From the NCBI GenBank assembly GCA_902623785.1, contig CACNVG010000001.1, positions 74,714 through 138,713 of the forward strand: a stretch of 64,000 nt of DNA. The letters run 5' to 3'. The translations under genes and the position numbers were made by a program. Positions 22,555 to 32,661 of this stretch are shown here, in pieces (the first letter of the stretch is position 1; each line of letters begins with the position of its first letter). This DNA is from an uncultured Pelagibacteraceae bacterium. Its GTDB lineage: Bacteria; Pseudomonadota; Alphaproteobacteria; Pelagibacterales; Pelagibacteraceae. The notes under the pieces were generated by a model that saw nothing but the letters and a program-made list of their open reading frames with translations, did no database searches and was not told the origin of the DNA.

Positions 22555-23037
22555 ATGTTAATCAAAATAGAAAACTTCCTTTATCGACTTTATAAATTTT
22601 CAGGTATATTAGCGGCTATATTTCTCATACTTGTTGCAACTTTTATTTTAATCGGGATATCGTCTCGAATTTTTGATTTTTACATAAGAGGTTTGTCTGA
22701 GTACTCAGGATACTGTATGGCTGCCTCAACTTTTTTTGCACTTGCTTATACATTTTCAGAAGGTGGCCATATAAGAATTACATTGTTTTTAGAGAAAATG
22801 AGCAGTCAATTAAAAAAAATATTTGAAATTTGGTGTTTGACTATTTCATCTATCTTTTCTGGATTTCTTTTTTTCTATTTTAGTAAAATGTTATTCATTT
22901 CATACAAGTTTCAAGAAAGAAGTGAAGGAGCTGATGAAATCTTAATTTGGATACCGCAGACAAGTTTGGCTTTTGGATCCCTTATCTTTTTTATATGTAT
23001 TTTACATCATCTTTTTAAAGCTTTTAAAAATGACTGA
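22555..23037 (+). CDS. dctQ: TRAP small permease
   Basis: 4 TM; GGHIRIT motif. Confidence 0.9.
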   Translation: MLIKIENFLYRLYKFSGILAAIFLILVATFILIGISSRIFDFYIRGLSEYSGYCMAASTFFALAYTFSEGGHIRITLFLEKMSSQLKKIFEIWCLTISSIFSGFLFFYFSKMLFISYKFQERSEGADEILIWIPQTSLAFGSLIFFICILHHLFKAFKND

Positions 23038-24340
23038 AATTATACTAGCAATTTTTTTTATCACTGTTTTATTATTATTTTTAAGTAGCGGTGTATGGGT
23101 TGCTTTAAGTATGATTGGTGTCTCAGCTATTGCAATGGAATTGTTTACATCAAGACCAGTTGGTGATGCAATGGCAACAACAATTTGGGGAATGTCATCT
23201 TCTTGGACACTTACCGCACTGCCCTTATTTGTTTGGATGGGTGAAATTTTATTTAGAACTAAATTATCTGAAAATCTTTTTGAAGGGCTTTCTCCATGGA
23301 TGCAGAAGCTTCCCGGAGGACTTATTCATGTAAATGTTGTTGGCTGTGCAATTTTTGCAGCTATTTCAGGTTCCTCTGCAGCAACAGTTGCAACTGTAGG
23401 TAAAATGTCAATACCTGAACTTCGTAAAAGAAATTATCCAGAAAAAATATTACTTGGAAGTTTAGCTGGATCCGGAACTTTAGGTTTGTTGATACCACCA
23501 TCTATAATTTTAATAATTTACGGCGTAACAGTTCAAGAGTCCATTGCTAAGCTTTTTATTGCGGGAATTTTCCCCGGAATAATGATTGCTATTATTTTCA
23601 TGACTTACGTTGTTATTTGGTCATTGATGAACAAAAATAAAATGCCTGTTTTGACGGAAGAAATACCTTTCATTGAAAAAATAAAAAAATCAGGCAAACT
23701 AATTCCGGTAATATTGTTAATTGTATCTGTAATTGGATCTATTTATTCAGGTGTAGCCACTGCAACAGAAGCAGCTTCTCTAGGAGTAGTAGGAGCATTA
23801 ATATTATCTTTTTTTCAAAAAAGTTTAACAGTAGATTCATTTAAGAAGTCTTTATTAGGAGCAACCAAAACCTCTTGTATGATCGGATTTATTCTTGCTG
23901 GATCTACTTTTCTTTCTTTAGCCATGGGTTTTACTGGATTACCAAGAAATTTAGCAATTTGGATAGATACAATGCAGCTATCACCTTACATACTTATTAT
24001 TGTCTTAATGATTTTTTACATAATTCTTGGAATGTTTTTAGATGGAATATCTGCAGTGGTTTTAACTATGGCAATAATTGAACCTATGATTAGACAAGCT
24101 GGCTTTGATATGATTTGGTTTGGTATATTCTTAGTTGTTGTGGTTGAAATGGCACAAATAACTCCACCCGTTGGATTTAATTTATTTGTCTTACAAGGGA
24201 TGGCAGAAAAAGATATGGCCTATATAGCAAGAAGTGCTTTTCCACTTTTCCTTTTAATGGTTTTGGCGACAGTTATAATTATTATATTTCCTGAAATAGC
24301 TTTATGGCTTCCTGAGAAAATGATTCAGAATATAAATTAG
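23030..24340 (+). CDS. dctM: TRAP large permease
   Basis: SGSSAAT, GTLGLLIPPS, TATEAA, ITPPVG; ATG 23030 preferred over 22973. Confidence 0.93.
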   Translation: MTEIILAIFFITVLLLFLSSGVWVALSMIGVSAIAMELFTSRPVGDAMATTIWGMSSSWTLTALPLFVWMGEILFRTKLSENLFEGLSPWMQKLPGGLIHVNVVGCAIFAAISGSSAATVATVGKMSIPELRKRNYPEKILLGSLAGSGTLGLLIPPSIILIIYGVTVQESIAKLFIAGIFPGIMIAIIFMTYVVIWSLMNKNKMPVLTEEIPFIEKIKKSGKLIPVILLIVSVIGSIYSGVATATEAASLGVVGALILSFFQKSLTVDSFKKSLLGATKTSCMIGFILAGSTFLSLAMGFTGLPRNLAIWIDTMQLSPYILIIVLMIFYIILGMFLDGISAVVLTMAIIEPMIRQAGFDMIWFGIFLVVVVEMAQITPPVGFNLFVLQGMAEKDMAYIARSAFPLFLLMVLATVIIIIFPEIALWLPEKMIQNIN

Positions 24341-24837
24341 TATTTAGACTCTTTTTTACCTTCAATAACCAACTTTAGATCTTTATACTCTTTGCAGTTA
24401 CAATCTTTAAGAACAGCAAGTCTCTCTTTAGCTTTGTCTAGTCTATTAGTAACTACAAATAATTCTCCCATGTATTCATTTATACCTACATGTTTAGGAT
24501 CTAATTCAAGTCCCATTGAATAATATATTTCAGCATTTTCGTAATCACCAACTTTTCTGTGCGTGAAGCCTAAATAATTAAGTGTGTCGGGATCTGCAGG
24601 AAATTTTTTATTGTGTTTTAACAAATGTGCAATTGCTTTTTTGTAATGTTTTTGTGCCTTATCTGTTTTATTTTTTTTTTCAAATTTTTTCGCTTTATCT
24701 ATCATCTTTACCGCAATTTCGTATTGTGATACTGGTTTTGTTTCTCCGCCACCAGAACCACCACTACTTCCTGCTGAGAAAGCTGGATTAGTAATTAAAA
24801 CAAATAATAAAACAGTTAATAATTTTTTGTACGTCAT
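24337..24837 (-). CDS. Exported tetratricopeptide repeat protein
   Basis: Signal peptide, Gly/Ser linker, TPR helices (LNYLGFTHRKVGDY, EYMGELF). Confidence 0.8.
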   Translation of the reverse strand: MTYKKLLTVLLFVLITNPAFSAGSSGGSGGGETKPVSQYEIAVKMIDKAKKFEKKNKTDKAQKHYKKAIAHLLKHNKKFPADPDTLNYLGFTHRKVGDYENAEIYYSMGLELDPKHVGINEYMGELFVVTNRLDKAKERLAVLKDCNCKEYKDLKLVIEGKKESKY

Positions 24838-25607
24838 TTAAACTTTTTTAATTCATCTAATGGCATTAAATCTAAATTATTTTCTTTTAAATTTTCCTTA
24901 ACTTTAAAAGCCGTATCTAAAGATGAAAGATTATCTCCATGTATACATACTGAATCAATTTCACAAGGAATTTGTTTACCAGAGAGACAATTTAACGCTT
25001 GGTTTTTTACCATTTTTAAAACGTGCTCTTGAGCTTCAATTGGATCCGTTATTAAAGCAGTGCTTTTTTTTCTTGAGACTAAGTTTCCGTCATCTTCGTA
25101 GTTCCTATCTGCAAAAATTTCACAAGCGACCTTCATTCCTAATTTTTTTGCAGACAACTCCATTTTTGAACCTGTCGGAACTAAATAAATTAAATCTTTG
25201 TTAATTTTGTAAATTGTTTTTGCAATAACGGTCGCCAACTCAATATCCTCACAGGCCATATTATTTAATGCACCATGAGGTTTGATATGAGATACACTAA
25301 CTTCGTTTTGTTGCGCAATGTTTTGAAGTATATTGTATTGCTCTTGGATAAGTTTTTCTATTTCGGATGATGAAAGATTAATTCTTTTTCTTCCGAAATT
25401 TTCAGGATCATTAAATGATGGATGTGCACCAATACTTACACCATTTTTTTTGGATATCTTTATAGTTTCTCTCATAGTATCTTCATCCCCTGCATGATAA
25501 CCACAAGCAATATTCGCAGAATTGACTATACCTAATAGTTCAGGATCATATTTATTTGAGTGGTGTTTAGATTTCTCACCTAAATCACAATTAATATTAA
25601 TTTCCAT
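24834..25607 (-). CDS. pxpA: 5-oxoprolinase subunit A (LamB/YcsF)
   Basis: NCDLGE, ANIACGYHAGD, HIKPHGAL, CIHGD. Confidence 0.93.
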   Translation of the reverse strand: MEININCDLGEKSKHHSNKYDPELLGIVNSANIACGYHAGDEDTMRETIKISKKNGVSIGAHPSFNDPENFGRKRINLSSSEIEKLIQEQYNILQNIAQQNEVSVSHIKPHGALNNMACEDIELATVIAKTIYKINKDLIYLVPTGSKMELSAKKLGMKVACEIFADRNYEDDGNLVSRKKSTALITDPIEAQEHVLKMVKNQALNCLSGKQIPCEIDSVCIHGDNLSSLDTAFKVKENLKENNLDLMPLDELKKFK

Positions 25608-25634
25608 AATTTATTAGTTAAAGTATAACATGGC

Positions 25635-26312
25635 ATGATCAAAAATATATACAATCTTGGCGACGCAGCTTTATATTGTGATTTTGGCGATACTGTAAAC
25701 AAAGAAACTAATTTAAAAGTAATAAATTATTTTAATGATATAAGAAAAAAAAAAATTAAGGGTATAAAAAACATTGCACCTTCGTATAATAAATTAATAA
25801 TTTATTTTGATTTAGAACTTACTAATTATAAAAAAATAAAAGATACCTTAGAAAATCTAGATATTTCAACTTTTGAAGCAACCAAAACAAAACTAGTAAA
25901 AATACCCGTGTGTTTTGACGATGAGTTCGCACTCGACTTAGAAAGGGTTGAAAAAAGGGTGGGCTTAGTAAAAAAAGAAATAGTCAATCAATTAATATCT
26001 CAAAAGTATTTTTGTTATATGACAGGATTTATTGCTGGCATGCCTTTTCTTGGTGATATTAAAGAAAAAATTAGATTAGATAGGCTTGAAACTCCAAGAG
26101 TTAAAGTTCCTAAGGGCTCAGTAGGTATTACAGAACAATTCTGTAATATTTATACTTTTGAAAGTCCAGGTGGTTGGAATATTATAGGTAATTCACCTAA
26201 AAAAGTTTTTACTAAAGATCCAAATAAGTTAAACTTAATAGGCCCAGGTGATGAGGTAGAGTTCTTTGAAATTTCAAAAAAGGAATATTCAAAATTTAAT
26301 GAGCAAAAATAG
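25635..26312 (+). CDS. pxpB: 5-oxoprolinase subunit B
   Basis: GDAAL, PSYN, GFIAGMPFLG, SPGGWNIIG. Confidence 0.9.
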   Translation: MIKNIYNLGDAALYCDFGDTVNKETNLKVINYFNDIRKKKIKGIKNIAPSYNKLIIYFDLELTNYKKIKDTLENLDISTFEATKTKLVKIPVCFDDEFALDLERVEKRVGLVKKEIVNQLISQKYFCYMTGFIAGMPFLGDIKEKIRLDRLETPRVKVPKGSVGITEQFCNIYTFESPGGWNIIGNSPKKVFTKDPNKLNLIGPGDEVEFFEISKKEYSKFNEQK

Positions 26313-27246
26313 TTTTAAAGTATTAAGACCTGGTATAAATACCACTTTTCAAGATTTAGGTAGAGATAACTTATATCATGTAGGCCTTCCATTTAGTGGA
26401 GCAATAGATAAAAGGAATTTTCTAATCGCTAACTCATTAATTACAAATAGAGAAGATGATGCAGTATTAGAGTTTGCATATCAAGGACCTTTACTCGAAT
26501 TTTCTGGAAGTCAAACCTCCATTGTAATCACAGGTAATGTCAACTTTAAGATAATTAAAAAAGATACATCTGAAATAAAAGGTGAGTGTTACAGAACTTA
26601 CGATTTAAAAAATAAAGATTGTCTTGATATTATTTCAACTGAAAAGTCAGTTTATGGTTACCTTTCGGTAAAAGGTGGTTTTCAGTTAAATAAATTTTGT
26701 AATAGTTATTCAACAACTGTCAGAGCTGAAGTAGGGCCTAATGATGGAAAAAAAATTGAGATTGGACAAACAATAACTCTAAATGACGCTGATAGTTCAA
26801 TAAAAAAAAGTTTAGAATACTTTAATTCAAAAATAGAATTTATTAGGGTAATAAAGGGTACAAACTTTGATTATTTTTCAGAAGACTCAATTAAAGATTT
26901 TACAAGCAAAGATTTTACAGTTTCAAAACTTACCGATAGAATGGGAATGAGATTAAGTGGACCTAAAATTAAGAATTTAAAGAATACAAACATCAAGTCT
27001 GAGGGATTAGGAAAAGGAGTAATACAAGTTCCAGCTGATGGGGACCCTATAGTGATGCTTTCAGACCATGGGACAATAGGTGGTTATCCAAAAATTGCTG
27101 TTGTAATAAGTGCAGATTATGACAAGTTAGCACAATGCCCACCTGGAGAAAAAATTAAATTCAAAATTGTAAGTCTTAAAGAGGCAGAAAATTTATATAA
27201 AATTTATACTATGGAAACTAAGAACATAATTAATAAAATTAAATGA
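26299..27246 (+). CDS. pxpC: 5-oxoprolinase subunit C
   Basis: TTFQDLGR, DRMGMRL, IQVPADG, TIGGYPK; ATG 26299. Confidence 0.9.
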   Translation: MSKNSFKVLRPGINTTFQDLGRDNLYHVGLPFSGAIDKRNFLIANSLITNREDDAVLEFAYQGPLLEFSGSQTSIVITGNVNFKIIKKDTSEIKGECYRTYDLKNKDCLDIISTEKSVYGYLSVKGGFQLNKFCNSYSTTVRAEVGPNDGKKIEIGQTITLNDADSSIKKSLEYFNSKIEFIRVIKGTNFDYFSEDSIKDFTSKDFTVSKLTDRMGMRLSGPKIKNLKNTNIKSEGLGKGVIQVPADGDPIVMLSDHGTIGGYPKIAVVISADYDKLAQCPPGEKIKFKIVSLKEAENLYKIYTMETKNIINKIK

Positions 27247-28118
27247 ATTTAATCACAAGATTACCGGGACCACTATTAGTTTTTTTTGGTGCTACTAGTT
27301 TAAGTTTTGGAGGAATGATTGTAAAATCTTTCGAGGGTGCTACGTTATGGCAGATCCTTTTTTGGAGATCTCTTTTTTTTATTTTAGTTGTATCAATTTT
27401 TTTACTAATTACTTATAAAAAAAATGTTTTTCATGCTTTTAAGAAATCAGGCTTCCCCGGTCTTTTTGGTGGTATAGTTTTGTCTTCAGGATTTTGTGGT
27501 TATGTTTTTGCAATGTATAATACAACAGTAGCTAATGCTAATTTTATTATTCAAACTCAAACAATTTTTCTAGCTATCTTTGGATATTTATTTTTAAAAG
27601 AAAAAATTTCAAAATTAACTTTAATATCAATTATACTAGCTATCTCTGGCATTATTTTAATGGTTGGAGGATCTTTGTCACCAGGACAAATGTCTGGAAA
27701 TATTGCAGCATTTATTATGCCAGTGTCATTTGCAATCTTAATTATTATTATTAGAAAATACCCAGATGTAGACATGATACCTTTACAATTAATTGCTGGA
27801 ATAGTTGCAATGTCGGTCGGTTATTTTGTTGCAGGTAAAATTAACATTTCTTCATATGATATATTTTTAGGTTTTCTAGCAGGTTTTTTTCAACTTGGAT
27901 TTGGTTTTATATTCATAACAATTGGAGCAAGATCTACGCCCTCGGCAATTGTTGGTATTATAATGCTCACAGAAGCTATCCTTGGACCTCTTTGGGCATG
28001 GTTATTTGTGAATGAAAATCCACCATTTATTGTTTTAATTGGGGGGTCAGTTGTATTATTCGCAGTATTACTTCAGTTTTACAATGTTATTAAGTTAGAA
28101 AAAAAAACTATTTCTTAA
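27243..28118 (+). CDS. DMT/EamA family transporter
   Basis: About 10 TM; FLKEKI, EAILGPLWAW. Confidence 0.88.
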   Translation: MNLITRLPGPLLVFFGATSLSFGGMIVKSFEGATLWQILFWRSLFFILVVSIFLLITYKKNVFHAFKKSGFPGLFGGIVLSSGFCGYVFAMYNTTVANANFIIQTQTIFLAIFGYLFLKEKISKLTLISIILAISGIILMVGGSLSPGQMSGNIAAFIMPVSFAILIIIIRKYPDVDMIPLQLIAGIVAMSVGYFVAGKINISSYDIFLGFLAGFFQLGFGFIFITIGARSTPSAIVGIIMLTEAILGPLWAWLFVNENPPFIVLIGGSVVLFAVLLQFYNVIKLEKKTIS

Positions 28119-28150
28119 TGACGATTATCAAAAATATGCTAATATAATCT

Positions 28151-28292
28151 TATACGGGAGAGACTACTTTTAGTAGCGCCGAAGGAGCAACCACCCCGGA
28201 AACTCTCAGGCAAAAGGACCGTACATATTAACTCTGGAAAGAGACAAATTCTCGCCGAAGGAGCTAAAATCTCTCAGGCACCACGACAGAGG
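28151..28292 (+). ncRNA. Tandem glycine riboswitch
   Basis: Two aptamers: GGGAGAGAC...CGCCGAAGGAGCAA...AAACTCTCAGGCAAAAGGACC and CTCTGGAAAGAG...CGCCGAAGGAGC...CTCTCAGGC...GACAGAG; directly upstream of gcvT. Confidence 0.97.
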
Positions 28293-28308
28293 GGGTTAGA
28301 GAGTTAAT

Positions 28309-29412
28309 ATGAATATAAAAAAAACTGCACTGTACGAATTACACAAAAAGCACAAAGCTAAATTTGTTGAGTTTGCTGGCTATAGTATGCCAATCCAATA
28401 TTCAGAGGGAATTGTAAAAGAACATAACATTACAAGAAACAAGTCCGGAATTTTTGATGTTTCACATATGGGTCAACTATTCATTAAATATAGCAATGAT
28501 ATAACAAGTAAACTCCAAGAAATTTTGCCCACCGATCTTAAAAATTTAAAAATTAATCAGAGTAAATATTCATTTTTAATGAAAGAGAATGGTGGAATAT
28601 ATGATGATCTTATTATTACAAGGATGAAAGATCAGTATATGATTATTTTAAATGCAGCTTGTAAAGAAAACGACCTTCAGATTATAAGAAATAAATTAAA
28701 TGATCAAAGTTTAGATATAAACAATGATTTGTCTCTTGTAGCAATTCAAGGTCCCGAGTCCAAAACAATACTTGAAAATGTAGTTTCAAATGTATCAAAA
28801 TTAAAATTCATGAATGGTGAAAACTTTTCTTTTGAAAACAATGAAATCTATATTACAAGATCTGGATATACAGGTGAAGATGGCTTTGAAATATCATTGC
28901 CTAATAAAATTGTAAACTCTTTTGTGGGAAAATTAATTTCTAAAGGCTCAACATTAATCGGGTTAGGTGCAAGAGACACTCTTAGATTGGAAGCAGGTTT
29001 GTGCTTGTATGGTCATGACATAAATGAAAATACTAGCCCTGTTGAAGCAAATTTAAAGTGGGCAATTTCAAAAAACAGAATGAATGATAATTTTACAGGG
29101 TCTCAAAAAATAAAGAAACAAATAGAAGAAGGTGTATCAAAATTAAGAGTTGGAATTAGACCAGAAACAAGAGTAATTGCGAGAGAGTCAACAAAAATCT
29201 TTGATGAAAGAAATAATGAGATTGGAAAAGTTACAAGCGGTACATTTGGACCAAGTGTTAATGCATCAATAGCGATGGGTTATATTTCAAATTCTCATTC
29301 TAAAACAGACACAAAAGTTTATTTAGAAGTAAGAGGAAAAAAAATACCTGCTAATGTTTGTGAGTTACCGTTTTACAAAAAAAGTTACGTGAAAGGAGAG
29401 GCCAATGTCTAA
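28309..29412 (+). CDS. gcvT: Glycine cleavage aminomethyltransferase T
   Basis: [30 protein letters not shown]. Confidence 0.97.
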   Translation: MNIKKTALYELHKKHKAKFVEFAGYSMPIQYSEGIVKEHNITRNKSGIFDVSHMGQLFIKYSNDITSKLQEILPTDLKNLKINQSKYSFLMKENGGIYDDLIITRMKDQYMIILNAACKENDLQIIRNKLNDQSLDINNDLSLVAIQGPESKTILENVVSNVSKLKFMNGENFSFENNEIYITRSGYTGEDGFEISLPNKIVNSFVGKLISKGSTLIGLGARDTLRLEAGLCLYGHDINENTSPVEANLKWAISKNRMNDNFTGSQKIKKQIEEGVSKLRVGIRPETRVIARESTKIFDERNNEIGKVTSGTFGPSVNASIAMGYISNSHSKTDTKVYLEVRGKKIPANVCELPFYKKSYVKGEANV

Positions 29413-29785
29413 TACAAAATTTTCAAAAGAACATGAATGGATTACTTTAGATGGAGAAGTCGGAACTATTGGAATTACAAAACATGCAACTGAAATGTTA
29501 GGTGACATAGTTTTTGCTGAATTACCTGAGAAAGGATCCAATGTTGAAAAAGATGGAACTGCGGGAGTGGTAGAGTCAACAAAAGCTGCTAGCGATGTAT
29601 ATACTCCAGTAAGTGGTGAAGTTGTAGAAATTAATCAATCAATTGTTGACGATCCATCAAAAATCAATGCTGACCCAGAAGGTGGAGCATGGTTTTTTAA
29701 ATTAAAGTTAAAAGATAAATCAGAACTTGATACTCTTATGAATAAAGAAGAGTACGATAAATTTGCAAAGGAGACATCAGCATAA
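29405..29785 (+). CDS. gcvH: Glycine cleavage H protein
   Basis: [12 protein letters not shown] lipoyl-Lys motif. Confidence 0.97.
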   Translation: MSNTKFSKEHEWITLDGEVGTIGITKHATEMLGDIVFAELPEKGSNVEKDGTAGVVESTKAASDVYTPVSGEVVEINQSIVDDPSKINADPEGGAWFFKLKLKDKSELDTLMNKEEYDKFAKETSA

Positions 29786-32655
29786 TGTTACCAAATTCAG
29801 AAAAAGATTTTTTAAAGAGACACATTGGACCTTCTAAAGAAGATCAATCAAAAATGTTAAAAGAATTAAATTATAAATCACTAGATGATTTAATTGACAG
29901 CACAGTACCAGAAAAAATAAAGTTTAGAGGTGAATTAAATATTGGTGAATCAAATTCAGAATATGAAGCTTTGAGAAAATTAAGAGCAATATCAAAAAAA
30001 AATCAAGTTTACTCAAATTTTATTGGTATGGGTTATTATGGAACTTATACACCTTATGTAATTTTAAGAAATATATTAGAAAATCCAGGTTGGTACACTT
30101 CATATACGCCTTATCAGCCAGAAGTAGCTCAAGGAAGACTTGAGATGTTATTAAATTTTCAACAAATGATTGTTGATTTTACTGGAATGGATATAGCTAA
30201 TGCCTCTTTGTTAGATGAGGGTACAGCAGCAGCGGAGGCTATGGGCTTAAGTCACAGATTGAACAAAAAAGATAGTAATTTAGTTTTTGTATCTGAGGAT
30301 TGTCATCCTCAAACAATAAATGTAATTCAAACTAGAGCTGAACCGTTGGGTTTAAAAGTATTGGTTGGTAAAGAAGATGAGGTTATAGACCAGTTAAAAG
30401 AAGATTTAGTTTGTGGAATTTTACAATATCCTGGAACTTTAGGAGATATTAAAGACCCAAGTGAAGCAATTAGCAAAATTCATAAAAAGAATGGTAAGGC
30501 TGTATTAGCTTGTGATTTGTTAGCATTAGCAAAATTAAAAACACCAAGAGAACTTGGTGCTGATATAGCAGTTGGAAGCTCGCAAAGATTTGGTATCCCA
30601 ATGGGATATGGAGGTCCACACGCAGCTTTTTTTGCAACAAAAGATGAGTACAAAAGATCAATGCCAGGAAGAATTGTCGGTGTGTCAGTTGATAGACACG
30701 GTAACAAGGCATATAGATTGTCCTTGCAAACTAGAGAGCAACATATCAGAAGAGACAAGGCGACAAGCAACATTTGCACCGCCCAAGCTCTGTTAGCAAT
30801 TGTATCAGCAGCTTATTCTATTTATCACGGCCCAGATGGAATTAAGAATATTTCTGAAAGAGTCTCACAATTAGCAAAAAGTTTTGCCGATAAAATAAAA
30901 CAGTCTGGATATGAACTTTATTCTAATTATTTTTTTGATACTGTCACAATCATTACTAAAGAAAAAACTGATCAAATTTATAAAAATGCTTTAAATCAAA
31001 AAGTTAATATACGTAAAGTAAATTCTGAAATGCTTGCAGTTTCTTTTGATGAAAGAAAGAATGTTTATAGAGTAAATCAACTGTTAAAAATTTTTAACGC
31101 AGCAGAATCAATTAAAAAAGAGGATCCTTCAGTAAGTTTACCTAATCTTCCAAAAAACCTATTGAGAACCTCAAAATATTTAGAACATCCAGTTTTCAAC
31201 TCATACCATTCTGAAACTGAAATGTTGAGATACTTAAAAAGATTAGAAGATAAAGATATAGCATTGAATAGAACAATGATTGCACTTGGTTCATGCACAA
31301 TGAAGCTAAATGCTGCCGCTGAGATGATCCCAATTTCATGGAAAGAGTTTGCAGAACCTCATCCATTTGTTCCAATTGAACAAATGGAGGGATTCAGAGA
31401 TTTATTTACTGATCTAAAAAATTGGTTGCGTTCCATAACTGGTTTCTCGGGTGTTTCTCTTCAACCTAATGCAGGTGCTCAAGGTGAATATGCGGGATTA
31501 ATGGTTATACGAAAGTATCATTTAGATAGGGATGAGGCCAATAGAAACATATGTTTAATTCCAAGTTCAGCACACGGTACTAATCCGGCAAGTGCACAAA
31601 TGACTGGAATGAAAGTTGTTGTTGTTAACTGTGATAAAGAAGGAAATGTTGATTTCGATGACTTAAAGAAAAAAGCAGAGCAACATTCTGAAAACCTTGG
31701 GGCATTAATGGTAACTTACCCATCCACTCATGGAGTTTTTGAAGAAAAAATATCAGATATTTGTGAGTTAGTTCATAAACATGGTGGTCAGGTTTATATG
31801 GATGGTGCAAACCTAAATGCATTAGTGGGAATTGCTAAACCAGGAAATTTTGGTCCAGACGTTTGTCATATTAATTTACATAAAACGTTTTGTATTCCTC
31901 ATGGTGGGGGAGGACCTGGAATGGGACCAATTGCTTGTAAAAGACATTTACAAGTTTACTTGCCCAACCACCCAGTGATAAAAGATTGTGGGCCAACTTC
32001 TGGAATTGGAGCAGTTTCTGCAGCCCCTTGGGGAAGCTCAAGCATTTTATCTATTTCTTGGATGTATATTAAAATGATGGGATCAACAGGATTAAAGCTT
32101 GCTACTCAAGTTGCAATATTGAATGCAAATTATATAGCTCATAGATTAAAAGATCACTTTCCAATTTTGTACAAAGGGTCAAATGGCAATGTGGCACACG
32201 AATGTATTATTGATATTAGAAAAATTAAATCAGAAACAGGAATAACGGAGGAAGATATTGCGAAAAGATTAATTGATTATGGTTTTCATGCACCAACTAT
32301 GTCCTGGCCTGTTGCTGGTACAATGATGATAGAACCAACTGAAAGTGAAAGCCTTACAGAAATAGACAGATTTTGTGAAACTTTAATTAAGATTAAAAAA
32401 GAAATAGACAAGATTAAGTCCGGAGATTTTGATAAAGTAGACAATCCAATTAAAAACGCACCTCACACTGATCTTGAACTGTCTTCCGACGAATGGAAAC
32501 ACAAATACTCAAGAGAAGAAGCAGCCTATCCATCTAAATATCTAAAAACAAATAAATTTTGGCCCCCTGTTGCCAGAGTTGATAATGTTTATGGAGATAA
32601 AAATATATTCTGTACTTGTCCAAGTATTGACGAATTTAAAGAAGATGCAGCTTAA
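29785..32655 (+). CDS. gcvP: Glycine dehydrogenase (decarboxylating) P protein
   Basis: YTPYQPE, LQTREQHIRR, NLHKTF (PLP lysine). Confidence 0.98.
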   Translation: MLPNSEKDFLKRHIGPSKEDQSKMLKELNYKSLDDLIDSTVPEKIKFRGELNIGESNSEYEALRKLRAISKKNQVYSNFIGMGYYGTYTPYVILRNILENPGWYTSYTPYQPEVAQGRLEMLLNFQQMIVDFTGMDIANASLLDEGTAAAEAMGLSHRLNKKDSNLVFVSEDCHPQTINVIQTRAEPLGLKVLVGKEDEVIDQLKEDLVCGILQYPGTLGDIKDPSEAISKIHKKNGKAVLACDLLALAKLKTPRELGADIAVGSSQRFGIPMGYGGPHAAFFATKDEYKRSMPGRIVGVSVDRHGNKAYRLSLQTREQHIRRDKATSNICTAQALLAIVSAAYSIYHGPDGIKNISERVSQLAKSFADKIKQSGYELYSNYFFDTVTIITKEKTDQIYKNALNQKVNIRKVNSEMLAVSFDERKNVYRVNQLLKIFNAAESIKKEDPSVSLPNLPKNLLRTSKYLEHPVFNSYHSETEMLRYLKRLEDKDIALNRTMIALGSCTMKLNAAAEMIPISWKEFAEPHPFVPIEQMEGFRDLFTDLKNWLRSITGFSGVSLQPNAGAQGEYAGLMVIRKYHLDRDEANRNICLIPSSAHGTNPASAQMTGMKVVVVNCDKEGNVDFDDLKKKAEQHSENLGALMVTYPSTHGVFEEKISDICELVHKHGGQVYMDGANLNALVGIAKPGNFGPDVCHINLHKTFCIPHGGGGPGMGPIACKRHLQVYLPNHPVIKDCGPTSGIGAVSAAPWGSSSILSISWMYIKMMGSTGLKLATQVAILNANYIAHRLKDHFPILYKGSNGNVAHECIIDIRKIKSETGITEEDIAKRLIDYGFHAPTMSWPVAGTMMIEPTESESLTEIDRFCETLIKIKKEIDKIKSGDFDKVDNPIKNAPHTDLELSSDEWKHKYSREEAAYPSKYLKTNKFWPPVARVDNVYGDKNIFCTCPSIDEFKEDAA

Positions 32656-32661
32656 AATTTG

